A DNA stretch of 64,000 nt from Octopus vulgaris. Its lineage: Eukaryota. The DNA is taken from contig OX597814.1 of the NCBI GenBank assembly GCA_951406725.2, forward strand, positions 176,762,001 through 176,826,000, in the 5' to 3' direction. The notes below the pieces were generated by a model. The model saw only the letters and a list, made by a program, of their open reading frames with translations. It ran no database searches and had not been told where the DNA came from. Position numbers and translations under genes: made by a program. This document shows positions 27,238 to 39,845 of the stretch, one piece after another (position 1 is the stretch's first letter; each line of letters begins with the position of its first letter).

Positions 27238-29026
27238 AGGTGCAGGTGTAGCTGTGTGGTAAGATGCTTACTTCCCCATCACATGGTTCTGGATTCAGTC
27301 TCACTATTTGGCACCCTGGGCAAGTGTCTTGTTATATAACCTCAGGCTGACCTAAGCCTTGTGAGTGGATTTGGTAGACAGAAACTGAAAGAAGCCCATA
27401 CACAAACACACACACACATATATATATATATACGATGGGCTTCTTTCAGTTTCTGTCTACCAAATCCACTCACAAGGCTTAGGTCAGCCTGAGGCTGGAA
27501 TACTTCTTATCATAGGTGTGCCCATTCAAAGTTGGTGTATATATATATACATATACAGGGGTTGGACAAAATAATGGGAACACCTAGCATCATAACTTTG
27601 AAATGTCTATAAAACCATCAAAAGCTTGTTTATTTTATGTTTTTTTAATTTTTTTATTATTAGTGTCGCTTAATATGTTTTGCTAAAATTACTGTTTCTT
27701 TTTAGATATCATCAGAAAAAGGTAATTAAAATGACAGATCTGTTGGACTTTCAAAGATGTCAAATTGTTGGCACTCATATGGCAGGTACTAGCATAATGA
27801 AAACAGCCGAAATGTTTGGTTTATCAAGAAGTACTGTCACGAAAGTATTGACAGCCTTTGAGAAAGAGGGAAAACCTCCTCATCAAAAACAAAACTCCAG
27901 AAGGAAACCAAAACTTTCAAATAGGGACCAGCAGAATTGTTAGAAAGGATCACAAAAGTACAGCTCCCCAAAATACTTCAGAGCTTAATGACCACCTCGA
28001 GAACCCAGTTTCCACAAAAACTGTTCGCCAGGAGCTGCACAAAGTCGAATTTCACAGGAGGGCTGCAATCAGAAAACCACTACTTTCAAAAAAATACGTT
28101 GCAAAGCATTTAGAGTGGAGTAAAAACCTACAGAATTGGTCCCCAGAACAATGGAAGAATGTTATTTTCTAGGATGAGTCTTCCTTTATCTTATTTCCGA
28201 CCACCTGCTGAGTATACATGTGGAGACAGCCAAAAGAAGCATTTGACCCAGACTGTCTTCTTCCAACTGTTAAACATGGAGGAGGATCTGTGATGATCTT
28301 GGAAATCTGCTGCCCCAATGGTTTCCCATCATGACAGAATTAATAGTCAAGCCTATTTAAGCATTTCATCTGATCAAATTCATCCTATGCTTGTGGAACT
28401 GTTTCTGGAGGGAAACGCAATCTTCCAGGATGATAATGCACCAATTCACACAGGTAAAGTTGTTTCTGAATGGCATGAGGAATATTTTAGTGAAGTTGAA
28501 TATCTTATCTAGCCACTACAGTCCCCAGATCTCAAATTTATTGAACATTTATGGTGCATTTTAGAAAAACAAGTAAGGAGTCGATATCTTCTACCATCAC
28601 CACTACAAGAACTGGAGACTATTTTAACTGAAGAATGGACAAAAGTTCCTTTGGAAACAATTCAAAGTTTGTACAAGTCCATACCTCATAGAATTCAAGC
28701 TATAATTACTGCTAAAGGTGGTCCTACCCCACATTAAAATAAATTTGTTTGAAATTTTAAGGTGTTTCCATTATTTTGTCCAACCCCTGTATATGCATAT
28801 ATATATATCTCTATGTGTGTCTTTGTGTCTGTATTCCTCCCCTGCCACTGCTTGACAACCAGTGTTGGTGTGTTTATGTCCGTGTAACTTAGTGGTTTGG
28901 TAAAAGTAACTGAAAGAATAAACACTAGGCATAAAAAATAAATCCTGGGATCAATTTGTTCAACTAAAACCCTTCATTGTGGTGCCCCAGCTTGGCTGCA
29001 GTCAAATGACTGAAACAAGTAAAAGA
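27238..29026 (+). mobile_element. SINE family A split at its internal TA tract by Tc1 copy 2 (5' half 27238-27430, 3' half 28790-29026)
   Basis: The two halves are collinear with intact family A copies. Confidence 0.75.
27556..28789 (+). mobile_element. Tc1-family transposon, near full-length copy 2; transposase pseudogene 27731-28737
   Basis: TA target; about 30-bp TIRs caggggttggacaaaataatgg.aacacct; motifs IF*DES, FQDDNAPIH, SPDL..IEHLW, KGGPTPH*; frameshifts and stops. Confidence 0.95.
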
Positions 29027-30275
29027 TCTCTTACCTCTCAACACCTGGCATAAACCACTTCACTCAATACTTCATGCTCTCTCAATCAAGGGGTCTTATC
29101 TTGTGAGCTACTTGGTGACCTCAATAATGTTAGTATCATGACAATGCACCTAATACCTCTGTAAAGTGGCTGACATTGAAAAGGGCCTCCAGCCATAGAA
29201 ACTATGTCACATTAGACACTGGAGCTTAACACAGTCTTCTGACATGTCAGACCCTGTGAAATTATCAATCCCATGCCAGTATATGATATGGATGCTAAAT
29301 GATGATGATGATGATGATGATCTGTTGGTTTTGATGGTGCAATTTCGAAATTGTTTGATCAACAGAAAAGCTTACTCATTAAATTAGAATATATGCAACA
29401 GAGTTTTCCATAGATAAATGTGTCTTTAATGTTATCAAGCAGAATCAGTGAGATAGTGTTTGATAAATCTGGTCTTTTGAATTACCGATACATTCCGTTC
29501 AACTAACTTTCTGTTTACCCAGGTTTGCTCTCAAGGTTTGGGTTGGATTGAAGCTATGATAAAAACACTTGCTCAGGAAACCGCATTGTGAGTCTGAACC
29601 TGGGACTTCATGATTGAGAAGTAGATTTAGTCATACAAACATATATTCTTCTATTGCAACGAATAATAAAAAAAAAGATTATTTCTCTAATCTTTTATGG
29701 AATCACAGCTATCCCAGCTGATAGAAAAACTATCAAGCTGCTGAAGTGTTTTAAGAAGTTAGTAGCTAAGTGATGAATTGTATGCTCTCACCAGAACTGT
29801 ACTTCTCTATATAGACTAAATACTTAAAAACTAAATAGTCTAGATCACCAAGGTCAAAATAGATACTATGAGAGGTGGGATAAATCTACTATTGTAACAG
29901 ATATACTTTGGCAATGTTTAAATCATCACATAAGTGTTACCGGATGAGGTAGGGGCTGCACAAGTGTAATTCTCTCCAGAAATACCATTCAAATTCAAAC
30001 AGCTTTTTGAGTGGCATGCATCTGACCTAATGAGTTATAAGATGCAAGCTATAAACTTTTCTCGGATTACCCATATTTGGAATTCAAAAAATTCCTTAAT
30101 ACATGATTAATTTTCATTCAGATTTTGGATTAAATATTCTTTCTTCTAGATCCCAGGATCAAGTTTAGGTTCCTATTATGTTAGGCAGACACAGTAATTC
30201 TATTTGGTTAGAAAAGGGGCTTGCACTAATCCCTATCTTCTGGTAACCAACTAGTAAAAGTATATACATGTGTGA

Positions 30276-30325
<50 letters not shown>

Positions 30326-30381
30326 TGTAAAGGCATTGTAAGACTAACAACTTGGTGTACAGCTCAGTATCCATGTTTCAA

Positions 30382-30600
30382 AGGTGGTGAGCTGGTTGAA
30401 ACATTAGCACGCTGGACAAAATGCTTAGCGGTATTCATGTTTTTACATTCTGAGTTCAAATTCTGCCGAGGTTGACTTTGCTTTTCATTCTTTCGGGGTC
30501 AATAAATTAAGTACCAGTAGTGTACTGGGGTTGATCAAATCGACTGCCCCCGCAACTCCCCCCAAATTTCGAGCTTTGTGTTTAGAGTAGAAAAGAAAAG
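30382..30600 (+). mobile_element. SINE family B (Meta-like)
   Basis: ggtggtgagctgg..gagttcaaattctgccgaggttgactttgc..ggggtc..aagtacc. Confidence 0.78.
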
Positions 30601-30652
30601 AATATCCGTATGTTTCAGAACAAAATATCAGACAAGTATAGAGCAGTAATAA

Positions 30653-30887
30653 GAAAATGAGATGACAAAGGAATAAATGGTTATCTTATGAACTTTATTA
30701 CCTTACAGCTGTTTCTGGTATAAGATTCAGCGGACTCATAGTTGAGCACTTGAATAACAGGCTTCAATAAAGCTATAGGGTGTTATTCAGGCACTTAACT
30801 ATGAGTTTGTTACATCTTATAGCAGAAACAGCAGTAAGCAAATGAAATTTATAAGATAACAATTTATTCCTTTGTCATCTCATTTTC
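30653..30887. mobile_element. Diverged fold-back element with 107-bp arms (30653-30759 / 30781-30887); probable PLE end
   Basis: Arms are reverse-complementary; each has a GAAAC-AGC(T/A)-GTAAG hammerhead-like 3' half but no CTGANGA. Confidence 0.6.
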
Positions 30888-30899
30888 ATAAATATATAT

Positions 30900-31680
30900 C
30901 ATCATCATCATCATCATCATTTAACGTCCGCTTTCCATACTAGCATGGGTTGGACGATTTGACTGAGGCCTGGTGAACCAGATGGCTGCACCAGGTTTCA
31001 ATCTGATCTGGCAGAGTTTCTACAGCTGGATGCCCTTCCTAATGCCAACCACTCAGAGAGTGTAGTGGGTGATTTTATGTGTCACCGGCACGAGGGCCAG
31101 TCATGCAGTACTGGCAATGGCCATGCTCAAATGGTACTTTTTATGTGCCACCTGCACAGGAGCCAGTCCAGCGGCACTGGCAACGACCTCACTTGAATGT
31201 TTTTTCACGTATCACCAGCACAAGTCCCAGTAAGGTGACGCAGGTAATGATCATGCTCGAATGGTGTTTTTTATGTGCCACCAGCATGGAAGCCAGTTTG
31301 TTTCTTTGGCAATGATCTTGCTCGGATGGTGCTCTTAGCACTCCACTAGCACAGATGCCAGTCATCGAATTTGATTTTGATTTCAATTTCACTTGCCTCA
31401 ACAGGTCTTCGCGAGCAGAGTTTAGTGTCCAATGAAGGAAAGGTATGCATAAGTGGGCTGGTTACAGAACTGGCATAGGCCATGAGGTTATGGTCTCATT
31501 TGGCTTGCTGAATCTTCTCAAGTACAGCATATTTCCAAAGGTCTCGGTCACTAGTCATTGCCTCAGTGAGGCCCAATGTTCGAAGGTCATGCTTCACCAC
31601 CTCATCCCAGGTCTTCCTGGGTTTACCTCTTCCACAGGTTCTCTCAACCACTAGGGTGTGGAACTTTTTCACACAGCTAG
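30900..31680 (-). mobile_element. RTE LINE 3' portion (ORF2 C-terminus, 3' UTR, (GAT)n tail)
   Basis: ORF 31496..31684 GRGKPRKTWDEVVKHDL..DRDLW is the RTE C-terminal motif and ties the abundant GAT-tailed repeat to RTE. Confidence 0.88.
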
Positions 31681-31823
31681 CCACATTTATTCTTGCGACA
31701 TGACCATACTAGAGTTTTATCATGGCTACTGAATAATTGTGACATATTATATTCACAGATAAATTCCTCTATTTACATAATATCAAGGTCTCTTTCATTC
31801 TTTTGTTGTCTTGCAATTTCTAT

Positions 31824-31870
<47 letters not shown>

Positions 31871-32556
31871 TACGTGTGTGTGACTGTCTCTCTGTCTTTG
31901 TGTTTCTCCCACTTTACCACTTGACAACTGGTAATAGTTTGTTTAGATTCCCATGGCTTGACAGTTCGGCAAAAGTGACCAAAGGAATAAGTACTTGACT
32001 CAAAAATAAACACTAGCATCAATTTGGTTGGCCAATTTATTCAAGGTGGCACCCCAGCATGACTACAGCCTAATGGCTGAAACAAGTAAAAAATAAAAGA
32101 TAAAAGATATCCTCATGACTAAATGTAATTGTCAACTTTATAAGAAACCCTGATATGTAATATCCGGATATGTAATATACAGATTTTTTAAACAGTGATG
32201 GTCAAAAACCACTGATAATCTACATTAGTTTCTGAGCAGGAACTTCAAATTCCCATGACTGCCAGACTAATTTACTGGTATCTTGCACAGACTACTGCCT
32301 TCATAGTACAGAATTAATAAACTTGTATCATTTATACCTCTACTTCATTTAATTATTTCACTAAATTTAATATTTGTTTAATTTAGAGTGTGTTGACCAA
32401 GGTGACCATAACTGGTTTAGAAAATCAGTAATCTGAAAAGGGTTCGGATAATTGATGTTGTACCTGTACCAATGGACCAATGATTAGTTTGTTAGAAACC
32501 CATAACTGATGGTGCTATTATTCATAAATGTAAGATGAAAGAAAAGTGTCCAACAT

Positions 32557-32946
32557 AGGCGCAGGTGTGGCTGTGTGGTAAATAGCTTGTCTACCAACCA
32601 CATGGTTCAGGGTTCAGTCTCACTGCATAGCACCTTGGGCTGACCAGTGCCTTGTGAGTGGATTTGGTAGATAGAAACTAGAAGAAGCCCATTGTATATA
32701 TATATATGTGTGTTGTGTGCGTGCGCGCGCACGCACATGTGTGTGCATGTGCGTGTATATGTTTGTGTGTATTTTTCCTCCCACCATCACTTGACAACCG
32801 ATGTTGGTGTATTTACATGCCTGTAACTTAGCAGTTTGGCAAAAGGGATGGACAAAGAATAATTCCTGCGGTTGATTTGTTCGACTAAAGGCAGTGCTCC
32901 AGCATGACTGCAGTCAAAGGACTGAAACAAATAAAAGAATAAAAGA
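32557..32946 (+). mobile_element. SINE family A
   Basis: Homology to other copies. Confidence 0.85.
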
Positions 32947-33209
32947 ACAGTAATTTGAAATATATCTTACGTATTACAGAGATAGAGAGAGGGGGGAGAT
33001 AGAGAGGGAGGGAAAAGAGAGAGAGAGAGAAAAGAGAGAGAGAGAGAGGGAATAATTAGTAGAAAAAATTGCTTACTCTTTTACCTGTTTTAGTCATTAG
33101 ACTGTGGCTATGCTGGAGCACTGCCTTGAAGGGTTTTAGTCGAAGAAATCAATCCCAGAGCTTATTTTCAAGCCTTGTACTTATTCTATCGGTCTCGTAG
33201 GCTGAACCA

Positions 33210-33515
33210 TTAAGTGCCTTGGGTATGTGCTGTGGTTTGCTGTGATGCTCTTATGGTTACTGTATTGAAAGTGTCCTGCATAGGATGTGTGCAGTGTCCA
33301 GTAATGCAATTTTCTGTATGTTGTATATAGTTGTAAGTCCTGGTGTTTTTGTTATGTATTTGTCTGAATATTTTTTTTATCATACCTAATGCACCTACTA
33401 TGATAGGAATTGTTTCTGTTTTTAGATTCCACATTCGAGTTACCACTATTTCCAGGTCTTTGTATTTTGAAAGTTTCTCCATTTCTTTTAGAGTAACGGT
33501 GTCATCAATTAGAAA
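33210..33515 (-). mobile_element. R4/Dong-like non-LTR retrotransposon C-terminal (restriction-like endonuclease) fragment
   Basis: EKLSKYKDLEIVVTRMWNLKTETIPIIVGALG fits the K..KY.DL..W..P..VGALG motif; lies next to (ATT)n. Confidence 0.8.
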
Positions 33516-33809
33516 GCCTTTTTTACTTCATGATCATGATCATGATCATTATTATTATTATTATTATTATTATTGTTATTATTATTATTGAAGCTATGCC
33601 AAAAGCTGTTACAATAATTTCCATTTCTTCTGGCTTTTTATGTTCTGGTTTGAAATTCCTCAGAGGTTGACCTTGCCTTTTGTCCTCTCAGGGTCAATGA
33701 AATATGAATCAGTTGAATACTGGGATCAATGTTATAGACTTACTTAATTATTAGTAAGTATGGAAAAGAAAAAAGACATGCATTAAAAATTAGAATTTTT
33801 TGATAAATA

Positions 33810-33837
<28 letters not shown>

Positions 33838-33840
<3 letters not shown>

Positions 33841-33947
33841 TAATTTTATTTTTATAGCGGGCTTTCATTTCACTATTGAGTGTAGCTCTGTGTGTCTTAG
33901 GCATGTGCTGTGGTTTGTTGTGATGCTCTTATGGTTACTGTATTGAA

Positions 33948-33948
<1 letters not shown>
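33838..33948 (-). mobile_element. 3' terminus of the same R4/Dong-like element, inserted in (TAA)n
   Basis: Overlaps 33215-33270 in sequence; (ATT)n on both sides. Confidence 0.75.
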
Positions 33949-33975
<27 letters not shown>

Positions 33976-33978
<3 letters not shown>

Positions 33979-34534
33979 TGTAGGAGTGGCTGTGTGGCAA
34001 GTAGCTTGCTTACCGACCACATGGTTCTGGGTTCAGTCCCACTGCATGGCACCTTAGATGAATGTTTTCTACTATAGCCTCGAGCTGACCAAAGCCTTGT
34101 GAGTGGATTTGGTAGATGGAAAGTAAAAGAAACAACGTATATATATATATGTATGTGTGTGTATATGTTTGTGTGTCTGTGTTTGTCAACCCAACAGAGC
34201 TTGACAACCTAAGCTGGTGTGTTTACATCCCCGTAACTTAGTGGCTCAGCAAAAGAGACCGATAGAATAAGTACTAGGCTTACAAAGAATAAGTCCTGGG
34301 GTTGATTTGCTCGACTAAAGGCGGCACTCCAGCATGGCCACAGTAAAAGAGTAAAGAGTAAAAGATATATATGACAGGCTTCTATATAGGCACAGGAGTG
34401 GCTGTGTGGTAAGTAGCTTGCTTACCAACCACATGGTTCCGGGTTCAGTGCCACTGCATGGCACCTTGGACAAATGTCTTCTGTAGCCTTGGGCCGATTA
34501 AAGCCTTGTGAGTGGATTTGGTAGATGGAAAGAA

Positions 34535-34584
<50 letters not shown>

Positions 34585-34755
34585 GTGTGTATATGTTTGT
34601 GTGTCTGTACTTGTCCCCACCCCAGCATAGCTTGACAAAAGATGCTGGTGTGTTTACGTCCTCATAATTTAGCAGTTTGGTAAAAGAGTTGATATGCTCG
34701 ACTAAAGGCGATGCTTCAGCATGGCCGCAATCAAATGACTGAAACAAGTAAAATA
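33976..34755 (+). mobile_element. Two tandem SINE family A copies (33976-34365, 34388-34755)
   Basis: Homology to other copies. Confidence 0.85.
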
Positions 34756-35068
34756 AAACATAAAAAAGGCAAACAAAAAAAAAGTTACAATTTCATAGTA
34801 TAATAGGTTGTTGTATGATTTAAATGGTTAAAGTTAGACGTTTGAGTGATGAAAGTTTTAGAGAAATGAGTGTGATTATGAGAACTGTTTTAAAACATCT
34901 ATGGTATTTTGGGGCTCTTTTTCCTTTCACAGAACAACATGGTAGTTTACAACCATTTTCTAGTTCTAAAACAATTAGGTTCAGAAGATTCCGCCTGTTG
35001 TTCACATTCTTCAGGTTACTTCATGCAATTTTAGTTTAAAAAAAAATGCTAAGGGAGAGAGAGTGTAT

Positions 35069-35126
<58 letters not shown>

Positions 35127-35721
35127 CAGTTAGGTTGTTTTTGTCATCAGAACTGCTGCTGCTGCTGTTACTAATAATAATACTAGTAATAATGATGATG
35201 ATAATAATAATAATAATAAATTTTTTCACTTGGTTGGCACAGCTTGCAGATGTTGACTGGCAATGCAATGAAAAAACATAATGAAGAAACAAGAACAAAA
35301 AAAAACAAAACAAAAAAGCAACTATATAAACAGTGTCTTGCAGAAATAACTTTTCCAATGCCTGCCTTTGTTTATTTTTGAAGTCTTTAATAGAACAGGC
35401 ATTACCAACTTGTTTTACTTAAAAGGTGGAAAGATATATTAAAAGAAAAATAGAAGAAAAAAAAAAAGGAAGAATTTAGTTGAACCATACTGAGAGGAAA
35501 ATCATTTATTATTATTATTATTATTTTTTTTTTTTTTGCAAATATTGCAAGAAATTTGAGAAAAGTAGTTTAAGCAAACAGATTTCTTCAGAGAATTGTC
35601 TTTAAAGTAGATATAATTTTAGTTCTTAATTAAATAAAAATCTGTTTTCATTTTTTTTATGTTACACATATAGACATAAATACACACACACACACACACA
35701 TACAGACATACACACACATGG

Positions 35722-35754
<33 letters not shown>

Positions 35755-35964
35755 TAAGAATCTCTTTGTCTTATTATTTGGATTATATATACATACACAC
35801 ATATATGTATGTATTTAATATATAAATACACACATATACATATATATATATACATACATACACATATATAAATATATATACATACATACATACACATATA
35901 TAAATATATATACATACATACATACACATATATAAATATATATACATACATACATACATACATA

Positions 35965-36435
35965 CATCATCATCATCATTGTTTAACGTCCACTTTCCAT
36001 GCTAGCATGGGATGGACGATTTGACAGAGGTCTGGTGAACCAGATGGCTGCACCAGGCTCCAATCTGATCTGGCAGAGTTTCTACAGCTGGATGCCCTTC
36101 CTCATGCCAACCACTCTGAGAGTGTAGTGTGTGCTTTTACATGCCACCGGCACGAGGGCCAGTCAGGCGGTACTGGCAACGGCCATGCTCAAGTGGTGTT
36201 TTTTTCATGCCACCTGCACAGGAGCCAGTCCAGTGGCACTGGCAATGACCTTCCTCGAATGTTTTTCACGTGCTACTGGCACATGTGCCAGTAAGGCAAT
36301 GCTGGTAACGATCACGTTTGAATGGTGCTTTTTACATGCCACTGGCACGGAAGCCAGTCAGCTCCTCTGGCAGCGATCACACTCAGATGGTGCTCTTAGC
36401 ACTCCATTGGCACGGGTGCCAGTCATTGAATTTGC
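35965..36435 (-). mobile_element. RTE 3' UTR copy
   Basis: (ATC)n plus homologous body. Confidence 0.8.
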
Positions 36436-37184
36436 GAATGATATCCAGAGGTAATACAGTGCGATCGTTTCATGCAACTCCGTTTAATTGAACAATGCAA
36501 TCATTACATCAATTTAATCCAGCTGTAGAGCAATCTTCAGCTGCACAAAGACATAGAATTTAATTAAATTAGAACAGATGAACACATTAGTATAATTATA
36601 CCTAAAATCTCCAAGAAGTTAAGGAGATAGACAAAGAACATGTCTCTACTTTAGCATAGAAGTTACTAAAATTATCAAGAAGACTCTGCCTGCCACTGAT
36701 TTTTTGTCTTTATGGGGTCAGTTTTAATTTATAGACTAGTTTATCAAATCCCTTGTATATCTAAGGCTGAGAGAACAGAGGGCAGTATCCGTTAGGGGTA
36801 AGAGTGAGGGAGTAGACAGAAATTCTAGTTTGTATAGTCATAAAAAAAATCAAGATTTATTATAAGCAATATCATGAGGTTTAGTAAGGGAAAACTTAAA
36901 CAAGATGTAAGCTGATAATTAAGGGGGTCACCTGCCAGCAGACTATTGATAATGAAACAGAGGAAGTCTTATCATGTGGTACTGTAGGTAAATATTTTAA
37001 ACAATGTTGCCATGTATATAGTTAAAGTTTAGGGTTATTTAAAGGATTATTAAGAAGAATATTATAACAAAAGGATTGAAATTTATATATATATATATAC
37101 ATATATACACACATACCTATATACATACACACAAAAGTATTCATAAGATTCTATCTTTTGAATAACCCTAAACTTTAACTGATA

Positions 37185-37800
37185 AAATCCCAAATTTTAC
37201 TTAATTTGCTTTGCGGGAAGGACTGTTTCAACAAAGTTGCATATTGTCCTTACCTTCGAAATGTGGAGTAGATGAAACAGGGACAACTGATGAAGGGGAA
37301 TATTCTTTATGTTGCATATCTCATTTCCTAAAAACAAGACATGCTTTTACCTGTCTCCTCTCATAAGCTCATTCTCCTAGCGTTCATAATAATTTTTCTA
37401 TCGTCTTGGCTTACAGCCCTCGCCGTTTGTTTTTACTGTCTTGTTACCACTTTCAACCTCTGCAACAAATCCCAAATTTTATTTAATTTGCTTTGCGGGA
37501 AGGACTGCTTCAATGAAGTTGCGTTTTGTCCTTACTTTTGAAAAGCAGAGTAGATGAAACAGGGACAACTGATGAAGGGGAATATTCTTTATGTTGCATA
37601 TCTCATTTCTTTGTTTGTTTTTTTCGTTGTTCCAAAAAAAGTTTGTTTTCTATGTTTTCGTTTCTCATTGTGGTTAACGTTTTTTTTATGCCCTGTACCC
37701 ATATATGCATGTATATATATATTATATTATATGCATGTATATATATTATATATATGCATGTATATATATCATATATTATATATATATTTTATATTGTCTA
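37185..37800 (+). mobile_element. Partly tandem-duplicated repeat (37185-37328 / 37467-37608), homologous to 62410-63090; probable PLE pseudo-LTR
   Basis: Shared aaatcccaaatttta..gcgggaaggactg..gaaacagggacaactgatgaagggg; partial tandem structure and TA-rich end. Confidence 0.55.
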
Positions 37801-37834
37801 TACTAAAACAGCCATGCTCTCTTCTTCAGGGTAA

Positions 37835-38370
37835 CCTGTCATGGCATCTAATAATATCAGAGACCTGGGTGTAATTGTAGATAACAATCTCAGATGGAGT
37901 GCCCACATCAACAATAAGGTCGATATAGTTCGTAAGATGAGTTCCTGGATCTTAGGAACCTTCCGGTCCAGAGAACAAGGTGTCATCATTCCACTTTTCT
38001 CCTCCTTTGGACAGCCATACCTCGAATACTGCTGCCCATTGTGGTCTCCCCATACAAGACAAAACATCTTGAGGATTGAATCACCCCAGAGAGCACTCAC
38101 TAAACGAATTGAAGGCATAACTGCACTCGATTATTGGGATTGCCTTAGAGCCTTGAAACTCTACTCTCTCCAGCGCTGCCGAGAGCAGTACATCATTTGT
38201 ACGATGTGGAGAATATACCGCCAGCATTGCTCAAACGACCTGAACATTAGTTTCAAGGTTCATCCAGGGTTGGGACTACAGGCCATAACATCCCCTGCCT
38301 AATTCAGGATCACAACATATAGGTATACTGCGACATAATTTATTTTCCTCAACAGGCTCTGCCCTGTTTT
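37835..38370 (+). mobile_element. CR1-clade LINE ORF2 C-terminal fragment
   Basis: ORF 37841..38302: RDLGVIVD..L.WSAHI, PYLEYCCPLWSP, IESPQR..TKRI, L..LKLYSLQR. Confidence 0.88.
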
Positions 38371-39099
38371 ACTGTTTGTATTGAGCACTCTTTTACTTTT
38401 TCATTACGACTAACCACACAAACATTCACACACACACACAAACAAATATACAAAGTATTTTACTGGTTTTACTCATTGGAGTGTAGCCATGCTCAAAAGG
38501 TGTTAATCGATTATATCTATCCTTGACACCCCTACTCAGTCTGCTGCTTATTTTATCAACCACTTTACTTTATTAGATGCTTAATTTATCAACCACACAA
38601 TGAGTGATAAAGTCAACTTATTGGGAAGGGACATAACTGCAATGTATCCAAATGCAAAATCTTTTTGTTCAATGTACTGATTTTGCCATTCTACACTAAC
38701 ATATATATACATACACATTTGACAGGCTTCCACAGTTTCTAATGATCAAATTTCAGCCACAGTCCTTGGTTGATATGAAGCTATGACAGAAAATACCTGT
38801 CCAAGGCTGACATCAAATCTGGAATCAAACAGTATCAAAGCGAATATGAAGACAAGATATCAATACCAGTGTCAACAATGTTGACATTTGTTTTATAATC
38901 ATTATTATAATTATTAGCATTTATTTATTATTTTTTTTTTGTATTTTCTAACCAGCCTCAGTATTTCTCAGTATTTACAATAGAAAATAAGTACAATGTG
39001 GAATTGAGTATATGCCAAAATTCTAAAACAGTAAAAGACAGCAAAACTAAATGAAAGCAATGCCGATATTAGATTCTGTAATAGCAATAATAGTAACTG

Positions 39100-39845
39100 T
39101 TTCCAGTTTAGGTGCAAGGGTAGCAATTTTGAGGGAAGTTGACCATGCCAGGATTTGAACTCAGAATGTAAAGAATTGGAATAATTATTTTCTACACTAG
39201 GCACAAGGCCCGAAATTTTGGGGGAGGGAGCCAATTGATTAGATTTACCCCAGTATGCAACTGGTACTTAATTTATTGACCTCAAAAGGATGGAAAGCAA
39301 AGTCGGCCTTAGCAGAATTTGAACTCGGAACATAGAAACAAATGAAATACTGTTAAGTATTTTGCCTGGTGTACTAACGTTTCTGCCAGCTCGCTGCCTT
39401 AAAAATTGGAACAACTACCACAAGCAATTTGTCCAATGTTCTAATGATTCTACCAAGTTGCTGTCTTCCTTATAACACTTCTTTCTAAATTTTGTGGGTG
39501 GGGCTTGTCAGTTACATTGTCAGTTACTTAACTTGTACTTATTTTATTGACCCTGAAAGGATGAAAAGCAAAGTTAACCTCAGTGGAATTTGAACTCAGA
39601 GTGTAAAGCCAAAAGAAATACCACTAAGCATTTTGTCTGACATGCTAACAACTCTGTTAGCTCATAACCTTAATAATAATGATAAACCTTTCCTCTACAC
39701 GGACAATGCCTGAAACTTGTAGCGGAGGGTCTGGTTGATTATATTGACTCCAGTGCTTAGCTGGTACTTCTTTCATTGACCCCGAAAGAAATTCTGTTAA
39801 GCATTTTGTCCAACATGCTAACATTTCTGCCAGCTCACCATCTTA
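39100..39845 (-). mobile_element. Cluster of 3-4 family B (Meta-like) SINE copies or fragments
   Basis: Repeated gaatttgaactcag / aaggatgaaa.gcaaagt / ctgccagctc motifs. Confidence 0.75.
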
